Part shown: positions 48,201-57,179 of the stretch, piece by piece
Layout: every line of letters begins with the position of its first letter
How positions within the stretch are numbered: the first letter of the stretch is position 1
The notes under the pieces: generated by a model
The model's input: only the letters and a program-made list of their open reading frames with translations
Databases searched by the model: none
Told to the model about the DNA's origin: nothing
Assembly: GCA_937919085.1 (NCBI GenBank)
Contig: CALFRN010000045.1
Span: 435 to 64,434, forward strand
DNA: 64,000 nucleotides
Direction of reading: 5' to 3'
Source: an uncultured Reyranella sp.
GTDB lineage: Bacteria > Pseudomonadota > Alphaproteobacteria > Reyranellales > Reyranellaceae
Program-made: the position numbers and the translations under genes

Positions 48201-48260
48201 GGATTAAAAAATAGGCAGAAAGTCCTATTAATAATCAATAAAATGCCTAATTATTAGTCT
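48201..48260. promoter_or_regulatory. Putative NtrC-type binding sites in an AT-rich divergent promoter region
   Basis: 17-mers GGATTAAAAAATAGGCA (48201-17) and TGCCTAATTATTAGTCT (48244-60) each carry one good TGCCTA/TAGGCA half-site. Confidence 0.45.
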
Positions 48261-48273
48261 TTTGAGGAAAAAA

Positions 48274-49440
48274 ATGAAATCCGCCAACCTCCTGATGTCA
48301 GGCCTCGGAACTACGGTTTTCGAGGTGATGTCGGGGCTCGCTCGAGAGCATCAGTCGGTCAATCTCGGGCAGGGATTTCCCGACGACAAGGGGCCGCTGG
48401 AAGTGCGGGCTGCCGCCGCCGATTACCTGCTGAACAACCATAATCAGTATCCACCGATGATGGGGATGCCCGAGTTGCGCCAAGCCGTTGCCAACCATGC
48501 GCGGCGTTTCCAGGGACTGGAGGTCGACTGGCAATCGGAGGTGCTGGTCACCTCCGGCGCGACGGAGGCGTTGAGTGATTGCCTGTTCGGATTGATCGAG
48601 CCGGGCGATGAAGTCGTGTTGATCGAGCCGCTCTACGACTCCTACTTGCCGATCGTGCGACGGGCAGGAGGCATCCCGAAGCTGGTGCGGCTCGAGCCGC
48701 CGACCTGGCGGTTGCCGCGCGAGGAACTTGCTGCGGCGTTCAGCGACCGAACTAAACTGATCCTGTTCAACACGCCGATGAATCCGTGTTCCAAGGTGTT
48801 CAATCGCGACGAACTCGACTTCATCGCCGGCCTCTGCGTCGCCCACGACGTCTACGCCGTCTGCGACGAAGTCTACGAGCACATCATCTTTGACGATCGC
48901 CCGCATATTTCGATCATGACCCTGCCCGACATGCGCGCGCGCACGGTTCGCATTGGGTCGGCCGGCAAGAGTTTCAGTTTGACGGGTTGGAAAGTCGGTT
49001 ACGTCACGGCTGCCCCTGAACTCATGAAGACGATCGCGAAAACCCACCAGTTCATGACCTTTACCACGCCGCCAAATTTGCAGTGGGGCGCCGCGACGGG
49101 GCTGCGGCTGGCCGATGGCTACTACTCCACATTGGCGAGCGACATGCAGCGCAAACGCGATCGCCTTGCTGTCGCTCTGGCGGATATCGGCTTTGGTGTC
49201 CTGCCGGCACACGGCACATATTTCGTAACGGCGGATTTCCGGCCGCTTGGCTTCAACGGCACGGACGATGATTTTTGCCGTCACATTACCGTCGAGGCCG
49301 GTGTGACGGCCGTACCAGTCAGTGCATTTTATGACGAGCCGGGCAATGCACCGCGCCATTTCGCCCGGTTTTGCTTCTGCAAGCATGACGAGACTCTGGA
49401 TCGCGCCGTCGAGCGGCTCGGGCGCCACTTTGTGGGATGA
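48274..49440 (+). CDS. Class I/II PLP-dependent aminotransferase (YbdL/glutamine-kynurenine transaminase-like)
   Basis: NLGQGFPD, VTSGATEA, CDEVYEH and SAGKSFS.TGWKVGY (PLP Lys) motifs; SD GAGG. Confidence 0.94.
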   Translation: MKSANLLMSGLGTTVFEVMSGLAREHQSVNLGQGFPDDKGPLEVRAAAADYLLNNHNQYPPMMGMPELRQAVANHARRFQGLEVDWQSEVLVTSGATEALSDCLFGLIEPGDEVVLIEPLYDSYLPIVRRAGGIPKLVRLEPPTWRLPREELAAAFSDRTKLILFNTPMNPCSKVFNRDELDFIAGLCVAHDVYAVCDEVYEHIIFDDRPHISIMTLPDMRARTVRIGSAGKSFSLTGWKVGYVTAAPELMKTIAKTHQFMTFTTPPNLQWGAATGLRLADGYYSTLASDMQRKRDRLAVALADIGFGVLPAHGTYFVTADFRPLGFNGTDDDFCRHITVEAGVTAVPVSAFYDEPGNAPRHFARFCFCKHDETLDRAVERLGRHFVG

Positions 49441-49630
49441 ACGGAGTGGCCGAGCCACTCGCCGGACGCATGCGTCAATTGCTACAAATTCGCTGCCAAC
49501 AGAGGTTGGCGTGGTTTATATTTTCTGCAGAGCGATTGGAGGGGTGACTCTCGATGATCGATGTGACCAGAATTGATTAGCATGCTGCTGTCCACTCCAA
49601 ACCCGTGCAGGCGCAAATTCAGGCAAGTGT

Positions 49631-50263
49631 GTGTTGTCTTCTAAGGCCGCCGCCCAACCCTCTCCGATCGATGGCCGTCGGCTGCGTAGTGCGCGCACAA
49701 GGCAGCTGATCATGGAAGCTTACCTTGCGCTCTTGCGCGAGAACCCGAAGCTGCCGATGCCTACCGCGGCGCAGATCGCCGAACGCGCGGGATACTCCGT
49801 CCGCTCGATCTTCGAACGCTTTCCCGATCTCCACGCGCTGCGGGTTGCAACCGCCGACTACTCGCTCGCACAATCTGCTGCGTTGGCGCCGCCCCGTCGT
49901 GTCGACGGAGATCGCCAGGCACGGATCAGGTCCCACGTCGAAACCCGCGCTGGAACCTGCGAACGACAAGTGACCTTGTGGCGGGCGCTTCTCTTCAGTG
50001 TCGATGAGACCGACGATCTCAGATCGCGCGTCCGTATCGGGCGGGAACGCACCATCGAGCGGTTCGAGATCATGTACCGGCCCGAGCTTTCGACGCTCGC
50101 AGATACCGAGCGAAAGTACATGCTGATCGCGCTGGAAGCTCTGACAGACTTTGAAAGCTGGGCGCGGATGCGGGAATTCTTCGACCTGTCGTTCGATGAG
50201 GCCTGTTCGGTGTGGATTACCGCTATCGACCACATGCTGCCACCAACGCCGAAGGCGGGCTGA
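49631..50263 (+). CDS. TetR/AcrR-like regulator (paralog 1 of 3)
   Basis: DGRRLRSARTRQ and PTAAQIAERAGYSVRSIFERF (HTH). Confidence 0.9.
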   Translation: MLSSKAAAQPSPIDGRRLRSARTRQLIMEAYLALLRENPKLPMPTAAQIAERAGYSVRSIFERFPDLHALRVATADYSLAQSAALAPPRRVDGDRQARIRSHVETRAGTCERQVTLWRALLFSVDETDDLRSRVRIGRERTIERFEIMYRPELSTLADTERKYMLIALEALTDFESWARMREFFDLSFDEACSVWITAIDHMLPPTPKAG

Positions 50264-50269
50264 CCGGGC

Positions 50270-50893
50270 GTGAGCGATTATTCAGCCAATCGAACGGGTG
50301 GTGTCGATGGCCGGCGCCTGCGCAGCGAACGGACCCGGCAGACGATCATCGTGGCCTATCTTGGTCTGGCGTACGAGAATTCGCCACGCATGCCGACGGC
50401 CGCCGAAACGGCTGAACGTGCGGGCTACTCAGTCAGATCGGTGTTCGAGCGGTTTCCCGACATCCATAGCCTCCAGGTCGCGGCCACGGATTACGCGCTC
50501 GACCAGGCTGTCAATTTGGTTCCGCCACACATGGCCGAGGGCGACCGGCAGACCAGGATTGGCTACCAGGTCGCAACGCGCGGCCGTGTCTGGGAGCGTT
50601 GGTTGCGGCTGTGGCGAACACTCATGGCCAACCACCTAAACTCGAAAGAACTTGAACTGAGGATCCGCAAGGCGCGAGAGCTGTCGATAGCGCGGTTGGA
50701 AGTGACCTACGCGGCGGAACTTTCGACCTTGGTGCCGGAGGAACGCAGACAATTGCTGATCGCTCTGGAAGCGGTGACCGACCCCGAATGCTGGGGGCGC
50801 ATGCGCGAGTTCTTCGGATTATCCTTTGAGGAGGCCTGCGCCGCGTGGGCCCAGGCGATTGATCGCCTGTTGCCGCCAACGCCGCCTGCTTGA
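50270..50893 (+). CDS. TetR/AcrR-like regulator (paralog 2 of 3)
   Basis: DGRRLRSERTRQ and PTAAETAERAGYSVRSVFERF. Confidence 0.9.
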   Translation: MSDYSANRTGGVDGRRLRSERTRQTIIVAYLGLAYENSPRMPTAAETAERAGYSVRSVFERFPDIHSLQVAATDYALDQAVNLVPPHMAEGDRQTRIGYQVATRGRVWERWLRLWRTLMANHLNSKELELRIRKARELSIARLEVTYAAELSTLVPEERRQLLIALEAVTDPECWGRMREFFGLSFEEACAAWAQAIDRLLPPTPPA

Positions 50894-50998
50894 AGTACTC
50901 GGCGTTGGCGCATTCGATACAATTCGCAAAGGGCCTACCGGAAGTATAGACTTCGTGATGGTTCTTGAGCGTGGAATTGCGGGCCATCCAGATCCTCG

Positions 50999-51643
50999 GT
51001 GAACCGGACAGCGGGTATTTTGCCTTCTACGACCTCCCATAAACCGCCTAGGGCTGACGGCCGCCGCTTACGCAGCGCGCGGACCCGGCAGTTGGTGATC
51101 GAGGCGTATCTGTCGCTTCTGCGGGAAAATCCCAACGTTCCGACGGCGGCTCAGATCGCGGAACGCGCCGGCTATTCCGTGCGCTCGATTTTTGAACGAT
51201 TTCCCGACCTGCATGCCTTGCGCGTTGCGGCGACCGACTATGCGCTCAATCAAGCCAGAGATCAGTCACTGACAGCCGGAAGCGACGGCGATCGCCAGGC
51301 GCGTTTGAAAGCCCATGTCGAGCGCCGCGCTTATGTCTGTCAGAAGTGGTTGCCGCTGTGGCGAGCGTTCAGGGCTAACCTGGGTGATTCGGTGGAACTC
51401 GCGCAGCGCGCCCGACTTGTGCGCGGCGCGATCGTCCAGAGGATCGAACTGATGTATGCGCCCGAACTTTCGATGCTGGCCGACCAAGAGCGTCGGCAGA
51501 CCGTGATTGCCATTGAGGCCCTGATCGATTTCGAGAGCTGGGCTCGGATGCAGGAGTTCTTTGGATTAACACCAGAGGAGGGTTGCGCAGTATGGATTCA
51601 AGCGATCGACCGCCTCCTGCCACCGCCGCCGCCGGATTCTTGA
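50999..51643 (+). CDS. TetR/AcrR-like regulator (paralog 3 of 3)
   Basis: DGRRLRSARTRQ and PTAAQIAERAGYSVRSIFERF; GTG start. Confidence 0.9.
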   Translation: MNRTAGILPSTTSHKPPRADGRRLRSARTRQLVIEAYLSLLRENPNVPTAAQIAERAGYSVRSIFERFPDLHALRVAATDYALNQARDQSLTAGSDGDRQARLKAHVERRAYVCQKWLPLWRAFRANLGDSVELAQRARLVRGAIVQRIELMYAPELSMLADQERRQTVIAIEALIDFESWARMQEFFGLTPEEGCAVWIQAIDRLLPPPPPDS

Positions 51644-51668
51644 CGCTCCGGCTGGGGGGGCGTAGGAA
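51640..51668 (+). promoter_or_regulatory. Putative sigma70 promoter for tRNA-His-nnr
   Basis: TTGACG-N17-TAGGAA; the -35 element overlaps the TetR3 stop codon. Confidence 0.6.
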
Positions 51669-51697
51669 GGCGCGCTTCGTCGGGGATGATCCACGAT

Positions 51698-51775
51698 GGC
51701 GGCCGTAGCTCAGTTGGTTAGAGCGCCAGATTGTGATTCTGGATGTCGCCGGTTCAATTCCGGTCGGCCGCCCCA
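51698..51775 (+). tRNA. tRNA-His(GTG), with encoded G-1, C73 and CCA
   Basis: Acceptor stem GCGGCCG/CGGCCGC, anticodon arm CCAGA-TTGTGAT-TCTGG, and TTC T-loop. Confidence 0.97.
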
Positions 51776-51789
51776 ATCCCTCATGCACC

Positions 51790-53322
51790 ATGGCCATTGA
51801 ACTTCCCCTGCGTGACCTGACGCGTTCCGACAACCTTGTTCTTCTGAATTGCGCGGAGATGGCGATGGCCGACGCCTCCGCCATTTCCAGCGGTATCGCG
51901 GGTATCGACCTCATGGAAGCGGCGGGTCGGGTGGTGGCTGAGACGGTGCTCGAGCGTCATCTGCCGCGACCAGTCGTTGTCCTGTGTGGTCCCGGCAACA
52001 ATGGCGGCGATGGCTTGGTCGCCGCGCGGCATCTTCATGCCGCCGGGTGGCCGGTCCAGGTTGCATTGCTTGGCGATCGTGCGGCGTATCGGGGGGATGC
52101 CGCTTGGGCATCGCAGACCTGGAAGGGGCCAGTGCAGCCCTTGAATGGCGGCCTGCTCGACAGCAATCCATTGATCATCGATGCACTCTTCGGTGCGGGC
52201 CTCGGCCGGCCTATCGAGGGCATTGCTGCTGAGCTGATTGACAGGATGAATAGCGGTGCGCTCCATGTGGTTGCCGTCGACGTGCCAAGTGGTCTGCATG
52301 GCGACAGTGGAGAAGTGATGGGTCGAGCGCCGATGGCGGAATGTACGGTCACTTTTTTTCGCGCCAAGCCCGGCCACTATTCAGTCGAGGGCCTTCGTCG
52401 CTGTGGTGTTCTCAAAATAGCCGACATCGGCATTCCAAAATCGGTGCTCGAAGCGATCGCCCCGCGACATTGGCGGAACGCTCCGCCTCTGTGGAAGGAC
52501 AGTCTGCTTTTAAATGAACGTGGAACCCACAAATACGCCCGCGGCCATCTGACGATTTTGGGCGGCGCGGTCGCCACGGGAGCTGCCAGGCTTGCCGCCG
52601 TAGCCGCACGCAGAGCCGGAGCAGGGCTCGTCAGTATTGCCGCTCAGCGCATTGTGATGGCTGTTTATCAGGCGACGGAGCCCGGCAACCTGATCGCTGA
52701 GGTCGAGGAAGGTAGCGACTTCGCCCGCCTTCTGGCTGACGAACGCCGCAATGCGATCCTGGTTGGCCCCGGCTCAGGCGTGAATGAGCGCACGCGCGTC
52801 TCGGTCATGGCGGCGCTCGCCACGGGCCGCTCGGTGGTGCTTGATGCCGACGCAATGACTGTCTTTTCCAAGGCCCCGTCGAAACTGTTCGAAGCGATCC
52901 ATGGTCCAGCGTTGCTTACTCCGCATGAGGGCGAATTTCGCCGTCTGTTCCCGGATCTTGCTGCGCTTCCAGGCAAGGTCGAGCGTGCTCGCCAGGCGGC
53001 TTGTCGCAGCGGTGCAACAGTATTGTTGAAGGGACCTGACACGGTAATCGCCGCTCCTGATGGTCGGGCTGTGACCAATATTCATGCCCCGGCATCGCTG
53101 GCGACGGCCGGTTCCGGTGACGTCCTTGCCGGGATTGCCGGAGGATTGATGGCGCAGGGCTTGGCGCCGCTTGCGGCCGGAGCGGCAGCCGCGTGGCTCC
53201 ATGGAGACTGCGCCTTTCGCTTCGAACGGCCCGGGATGATCGCCGAAGATCTGATTGACCGCATTCCGGACGCGCTGGCTGCCGTCATGCCCGGTGATTC
53301 GAGAGAGTGCCGGGACCACTGA
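51790..53322 (+). CDS. nnr: Bifunctional NAD(P)H-hydrate epimerase/dehydratase (YjeF)
   Basis: LMEAAG, CGPGNNGGDG, DALFGAG, VDVPSG, HKYARG, TPHEGEF and LATAGSGDVLAG motifs. Confidence 0.96.
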   Translation: MAIELPLRDLTRSDNLVLLNCAEMAMADASAISSGIAGIDLMEAAGRVVAETVLERHLPRPVVVLCGPGNNGGDGLVAARHLHAAGWPVQVALLGDRAAYRGDAAWASQTWKGPVQPLNGGLLDSNPLIIDALFGAGLGRPIEGIAAELIDRMNSGALHVVAVDVPSGLHGDSGEVMGRAPMAECTVTFFRAKPGHYSVEGLRRCGVLKIADIGIPKSVLEAIAPRHWRNAPPLWKDSLLLNERGTHKYARGHLTILGGAVATGAARLAAVAARRAGAGLVSIAAQRIVMAVYQATEPGNLIAEVEEGSDFARLLADERRNAILVGPGSGVNERTRVSVMAALATGRSVVLDADAMTVFSKAPSKLFEAIHGPALLTPHEGEFRRLFPDLAALPGKVERARQAACRSGATVLLKGPDTVIAAPDGRAVTNIHAPASLATAGSGDVLAGIAGGLMAQGLAPLAAGAAAAWLHGDCAFRFERPGMIAEDLIDRIPDALAAVMPGDSRECRDH

Positions 53323-53323
53323 A

Positions 53324-53352
53324 TTGACCGCTTGGCGGGCGCGGGCTAAGAG
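53324..53352 (+). promoter_or_regulatory. Putative sigma70 promoter for tRNA-Leu-tig
   Basis: TTGACC-N17-TAAGAG upstream of tRNA-Leu. Confidence 0.5.
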
Positions 53353-53416
53353 GCGCGCGATTCGGCCTTCGTGGCACGCCCCGGAGGCCCTAGTCAGCAA
53401 TTGGGGCCGGCGTCGG

Positions 53417-53501
53417 GCGGGCGTGGTGGAATTGGTAGACACGCGAGATTTAGGTTCTCGTGCCGCAAGGCGTGGGGGTTCAAGTCCCTCCGCCCGCACC
53501 A
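53417..53501 (+). tRNA. tRNA-Leu(TAG)
   Basis: Acceptor stem GCGGGCG/CGCCCGC, anticodon arm CGAGA-TTTAGGT-TCTCG, long variable arm, and CCA end. Confidence 0.97.
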
Positions 53502-53522
53502 GACGGAAATGGAAGTGAGACC

Positions 53523-54869
53523 ATGCAAGTAACGGAAATTTCGGCTGAAGGGCTGAAGCGGCAATTCAAGATCGTTGTACCCGCCGGCGACCTGTCGGCC
53601 AAAGTCGACGAGCGTCTGGCTGAACTCGCCCAGACCGCGACCCTTCCTGGGTTTCGGCCGGGCAAGGTGCCGGTCGGCTTGCTGAAGAAGCAGTATGGCC
53701 AGGCCATTTATGGTGAAGCCTTGGAGGCGGCTGTGAATTCTAGCACTGCCAAGGCGATTGAGGATCGTGGCTTGAAGCCGGCACTGCAGCCGCGCGTGGA
53801 TCTGAAGCAACTTGAAGAAGGCAAGGACGTCGAATTCGAAGTCGCGATCGAGGTGTTGCCGGAGATCGGTAAGGTGGATTTTGCCAGCGTCGAACTCGAA
53901 CGCTTGAAGGCCAGCGTCCCGGACAAAGATGTCGACGAGGCGATTGATCGGATCGCAAAAGCGAATAGGGCGCAGAAGCCCGTCGACCCTGTGCGGCCTG
54001 CACAAAAGGGTGATTCAATCAAGATCGATTTCGTCGGATCTGTCGATGGCAAGGAATTCCCCGGCGGCGCTGCCACCGACTATGCGCTTGAGATTGGCTC
54101 GGGATCGTTCATTCCGGGCTTCGAGGATCAGCTCGTCGGCGCCGAAGTAGGCAAGACATCCGACGTCAAGGTGACGTTCCCGGCGGACTACGGAGCGGCC
54201 GAGCTTGCGGGCAAGGATGCGGTATTCAAGTGCTCAATCAAGGAAATCCACGAGTTCGTCGACCAGCCGGCCGACGACGAGCTCGCCAAGAAGAACAACT
54301 TTGAAAACCTTGAGGCAATGCGCAAAGCCGTTAGCGAGCGGATCGGGCAGGACTACAACCAGATCTCGCGCTCGATGATCAAGCGCCATCTCCTGGACAA
54401 GCTTGCCGAGATGCACAAGTTCCCGGTACCTGACGGGCTGATCGACGGCGAATTCAATGCGATCTGGCAGCGCATCGAGGAGGCCAAGAAGAACGGCGAG
54501 AAGCTTGAGGGCGACGAAGACAAGATGCGGAAGGAGTACCGCGACATCGCGGAGCGCCGGGTGCGACTGGGCTTATTGCTGGCCGATGTCGGGCGCTCAA
54601 ACAGCATCGATGTCACGCCCGAGGAACTGAACCAGGCAGTGATGCGTGAAGCCATGCGCTATCCCGGCCAGGAACGCCAGGTCCTCGAATTCTATGGCAA
54701 GAATGCAGAGCTGAAGGATCAGCTCCGTGCTCCGATCTTCGAAGAGAAGACGGTCGACTTCATCCTCGAACTGGCGAAGGTTTCGGAGAAGTCGGTTACG
54801 CCAGAGGAACTGCTCAAGGCAGCGCGCGAGGCGGAAGAAGACAAGACCGCTGAAGCAGTCGCGAACTGA
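53523..54869 (+). CDS. tig: Trigger factor
   Basis: PGFRPGKVP ribosome-binding motif; FKBP domain (IGSGSFIPGFEDQLVG). Confidence 0.98.
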   Translation: MQVTEISAEGLKRQFKIVVPAGDLSAKVDERLAELAQTATLPGFRPGKVPVGLLKKQYGQAIYGEALEAAVNSSTAKAIEDRGLKPALQPRVDLKQLEEGKDVEFEVAIEVLPEIGKVDFASVELERLKASVPDKDVDEAIDRIAKANRAQKPVDPVRPAQKGDSIKIDFVGSVDGKEFPGGAATDYALEIGSGSFIPGFEDQLVGAEVGKTSDVKVTFPADYGAAELAGKDAVFKCSIKEIHEFVDQPADDELAKKNNFENLEAMRKAVSERIGQDYNQISRSMIKRHLLDKLAEMHKFPVPDGLIDGEFNAIWQRIEEAKKNGEKLEGDEDKMRKEYRDIAERRVRLGLLLADVGRSNSIDVTPEELNQAVMREAMRYPGQERQVLEFYGKNAELKDQLRAPIFEEKTVDFILELAKVSEKSVTPEELLKAAREAEEDKTAEAVAN

Positions 54870-54883
54870 TCTGCGACGGCGGC

Positions 54884-54913
54884 CTTGAACCGGACCGCCG
54901 GCACTGCCACTTT
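54884..54913 (+). promoter_or_regulatory. Putative RpoH (sigma32) promoter of clpP
   Basis: CTTGAA-N17-CCACTTT. Confidence 0.55.
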
Positions 54914-54942
54914 CCGAGAGACAGTCACGAAGGGAGCCCGCG

Positions 54943-55590
54943 ATGAGTCGCGACCGCGATCCGCTGGAAATCTACAGCAACTACTATGTGCCGATGGTGG
55001 TCGAGCAATCGGCGCGCGGTGAGCGTGGCTACGACATCTGGTCGAGGCTGCTGAAGGAACGCATCGTTTTCCTGAACGGTCCTGTCGAGGATCACGTGGC
55101 AGGCGTAATCTGCGCCCAACTCCTCTATCTCGAGTCGGAGAACCCGACGAAGGATGTCTCGTTCTACATCAACTCTCCGGGCGGCGTGGTGACTGCGGGC
55201 ATGGCGATTTACGACACCATGCGTTATATTCGCCCGCATATTTCCACGCTGGTTTACGGGCAGGCGGCTTCAATGGGATCGCTGCTGCTGACTGCCGGCG
55301 AGAAAGGCAAGAGGTTCGCTCTGCCGAACGCCCGAGTCATGATCCATCAGCCTTCGGGCGGTGCCCAGGGGCAGGCGACTGACATCGAGATCCATGCGCG
55401 GGAGATTCTGGCGACGCGGGCCCGATTGAACCAGATGTACGTTGAGCACACGGGTAAGCCGATCGAGGTGATTGAGCAGGCCATGGAGCGCGACAAATTT
55501 TTCACCCCGGGTGAGGCCAAAGAGTTCGGTCTGATCGACGATGTGCTCGAAAAACGGCCGACTCCAACGATTATGGCCGCCGCCTCTTAA
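54943..55590 (+). CDS. clpP: ATP-dependent Clp protease proteolytic subunit
   Basis: SRLLKERI and YINSPGG motifs; catalytic AASMGS, MIHQP and RD. Confidence 0.98.
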   Translation: MSRDRDPLEIYSNYYVPMVVEQSARGERGYDIWSRLLKERIVFLNGPVEDHVAGVICAQLLYLESENPTKDVSFYINSPGGVVTAGMAIYDTMRYIRPHISTLVYGQAASMGSLLLTAGEKGKRFALPNARVMIHQPSGGAQGQATDIEIHAREILATRARLNQMYVEHTGKPIEVIEQAMERDKFFTPGEAKEFGLIDDVLEKRPTPTIMAAAS

Positions 55591-55733
55591 GGCGCAAGAC
55601 CGACTGGTTGTTTGCCATTTGACCATGGACACACCACATTTTGATGTTGTAGCCGTCCTAGGGTCGCGTTTATCATAGTCTTGTGTGCGGGCTCGCACTT
55701 GGCGAGCTCCCCAAGCGGAGGTGCGTTACCAAC

Positions 55734-57005
55734 ATGCCAGCCGCCAAATCCGGGGGTGACTCCCGCAATACCCTCTATTGCAGCTTCTGCGGCAAGAGCC
55801 AGCACGAGGTCCGGAAGCTTATTGCCGGGCCGACCGTGTTTATCTGCGACGAGTGCGTCGAACTCTGCATGGATATCATCCGTGAAGAGAACAAGACCAC
55901 TTTGGTGAAGTCCAAGGATGGCGTGCCGTCTCCCAAGGAGATCCGCCAGATCCTCGACGACTACGTGATCGGCCAGGATCAGGCGAAGCGGATTCTGGCT
56001 GTTGCAGTGCACAATCACTACAAGCGCCTGAGTCATGGCGGCAAGGCGAACGACGTCGAAATCGCCAAGTCGAACATCATGCTGATCGGTCCGACCGGCT
56101 GCGGCAAAACCCTGCTCGCCCAGACCTTGGCGCGCATGCTCGACGTACCGTTCACCATGGCCGATGCAACGACGCTGACCGAAGCGGGCTACGTGGGCGA
56201 GGACGTCGAGAACATCATCCTGAAGCTTCTGCAGGCTGCCGATTACAATGTGGAGCGGGCGCAGCGTGGGATTGTCTACATCGACGAAGTCGACAAGATC
56301 AGCCGGAAGTCAGACAATCCGTCGATTACTCGAGATGTGTCGGGCGAGGGCGTGCAGCAGGCACTGTTGAAGATCATGGAAGGCACGGTGGCCTCCGTGC
56401 CGCCGCAAGGAGGGCGCAAGCATCCGCAACAGGAATTCCTGCAGGTCGACACGACCAACATCCTGTTCATCTGCGGCGGCGCGTTTGCCGGCCTGGAGAA
56501 GATCATCTCGATGCGCCGCCAGGGCACGTCGATTGGCTTTGGCGCGGAAGTGCGGGGGCCAGAAGACCGTCGCACTGGGCAGATTTTGCGCGACCTCGAA
56601 CCCGAAGATCTGCTCAGGTACGGTCTCATCCCGGAGTTCGTAGGTCGGCTGCCTGTCGTGGCGACGCTGGAGGACCTCGACGAAACCGCCCTGATCGAGA
56701 TACTGACCCGGCCGAAGAATGCACTTCTGAAGCAGTACCAGCGGCTGTTCGACATGGAGAGCGTGAAGCTCAAATTTACCGATGACGCTCTGCGCGCGGT
56801 TTCCCAGAAGGCGATCCTGCGCAAGACCGGAGCGCGGGGGCTGCGCTCGATCATGGAAACGGTGCTGCTGGATACGATGTATGATCTGCCGTCGCTGGAC
56901 GGCGTCGAGGAAGTCGTGATCAACCGTGAAGTCATAGAAGGGCGGTCCCAACCGCTTTATGTGCACGGCGAGCGCAAAGAGGGAATTGTCGCTGCGCCGG
57001 CCTGA
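55734..57005 (+). CDS. clpX: ATP-dependent Clp protease ATP-binding subunit
   Basis: CSFCGK..C..C zinc domain, [25 protein letters not shown] and IGF loop. Confidence 0.99.
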   Translation: MPAAKSGGDSRNTLYCSFCGKSQHEVRKLIAGPTVFICDECVELCMDIIREENKTTLVKSKDGVPSPKEIRQILDDYVIGQDQAKRILAVAVHNHYKRLSHGGKANDVEIAKSNIMLIGPTGCGKTLLAQTLARMLDVPFTMADATTLTEAGYVGEDVENIILKLLQAADYNVERAQRGIVYIDEVDKISRKSDNPSITRDVSGEGVQQALLKIMEGTVASVPPQGGRKHPQQEFLQVDTTNILFICGGAFAGLEKIISMRRQGTSIGFGAEVRGPEDRRTGQILRDLEPEDLLRYGLIPEFVGRLPVVATLEDLDETALIEILTRPKNALLKQYQRLFDMESVKLKFTDDALRAVSQKAILRKTGARGLRSIMETVLLDTMYDLPSLDGVEEVVINREVIEGRSQPLYVHGERKEGIVAAPA

Positions 57006-57053
57006 GTTTTGCAGCACCGACGGCAGCCGTCGTCGGCGCAGTCCCCGACGGGC

Positions 57054-57082
57054 CTTGAACAACCCCCTGTTCAGGCCAATCT
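57054..57082 (+). promoter_or_regulatory. Putative RpoH (sigma32) promoter of lon
   Basis: CTTGAA-N16-CCAATCT. Confidence 0.65.
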
Positions 57083-57179
57083 TTGCTGATGAGTGCGCGC
57101 GTTTTCGCGCCGTCGATTGCCCGTTTGGGGATCGCGGCCGGGGCGAACGTAGCTCTAACAGCGTACGTTGCGAGGCATC

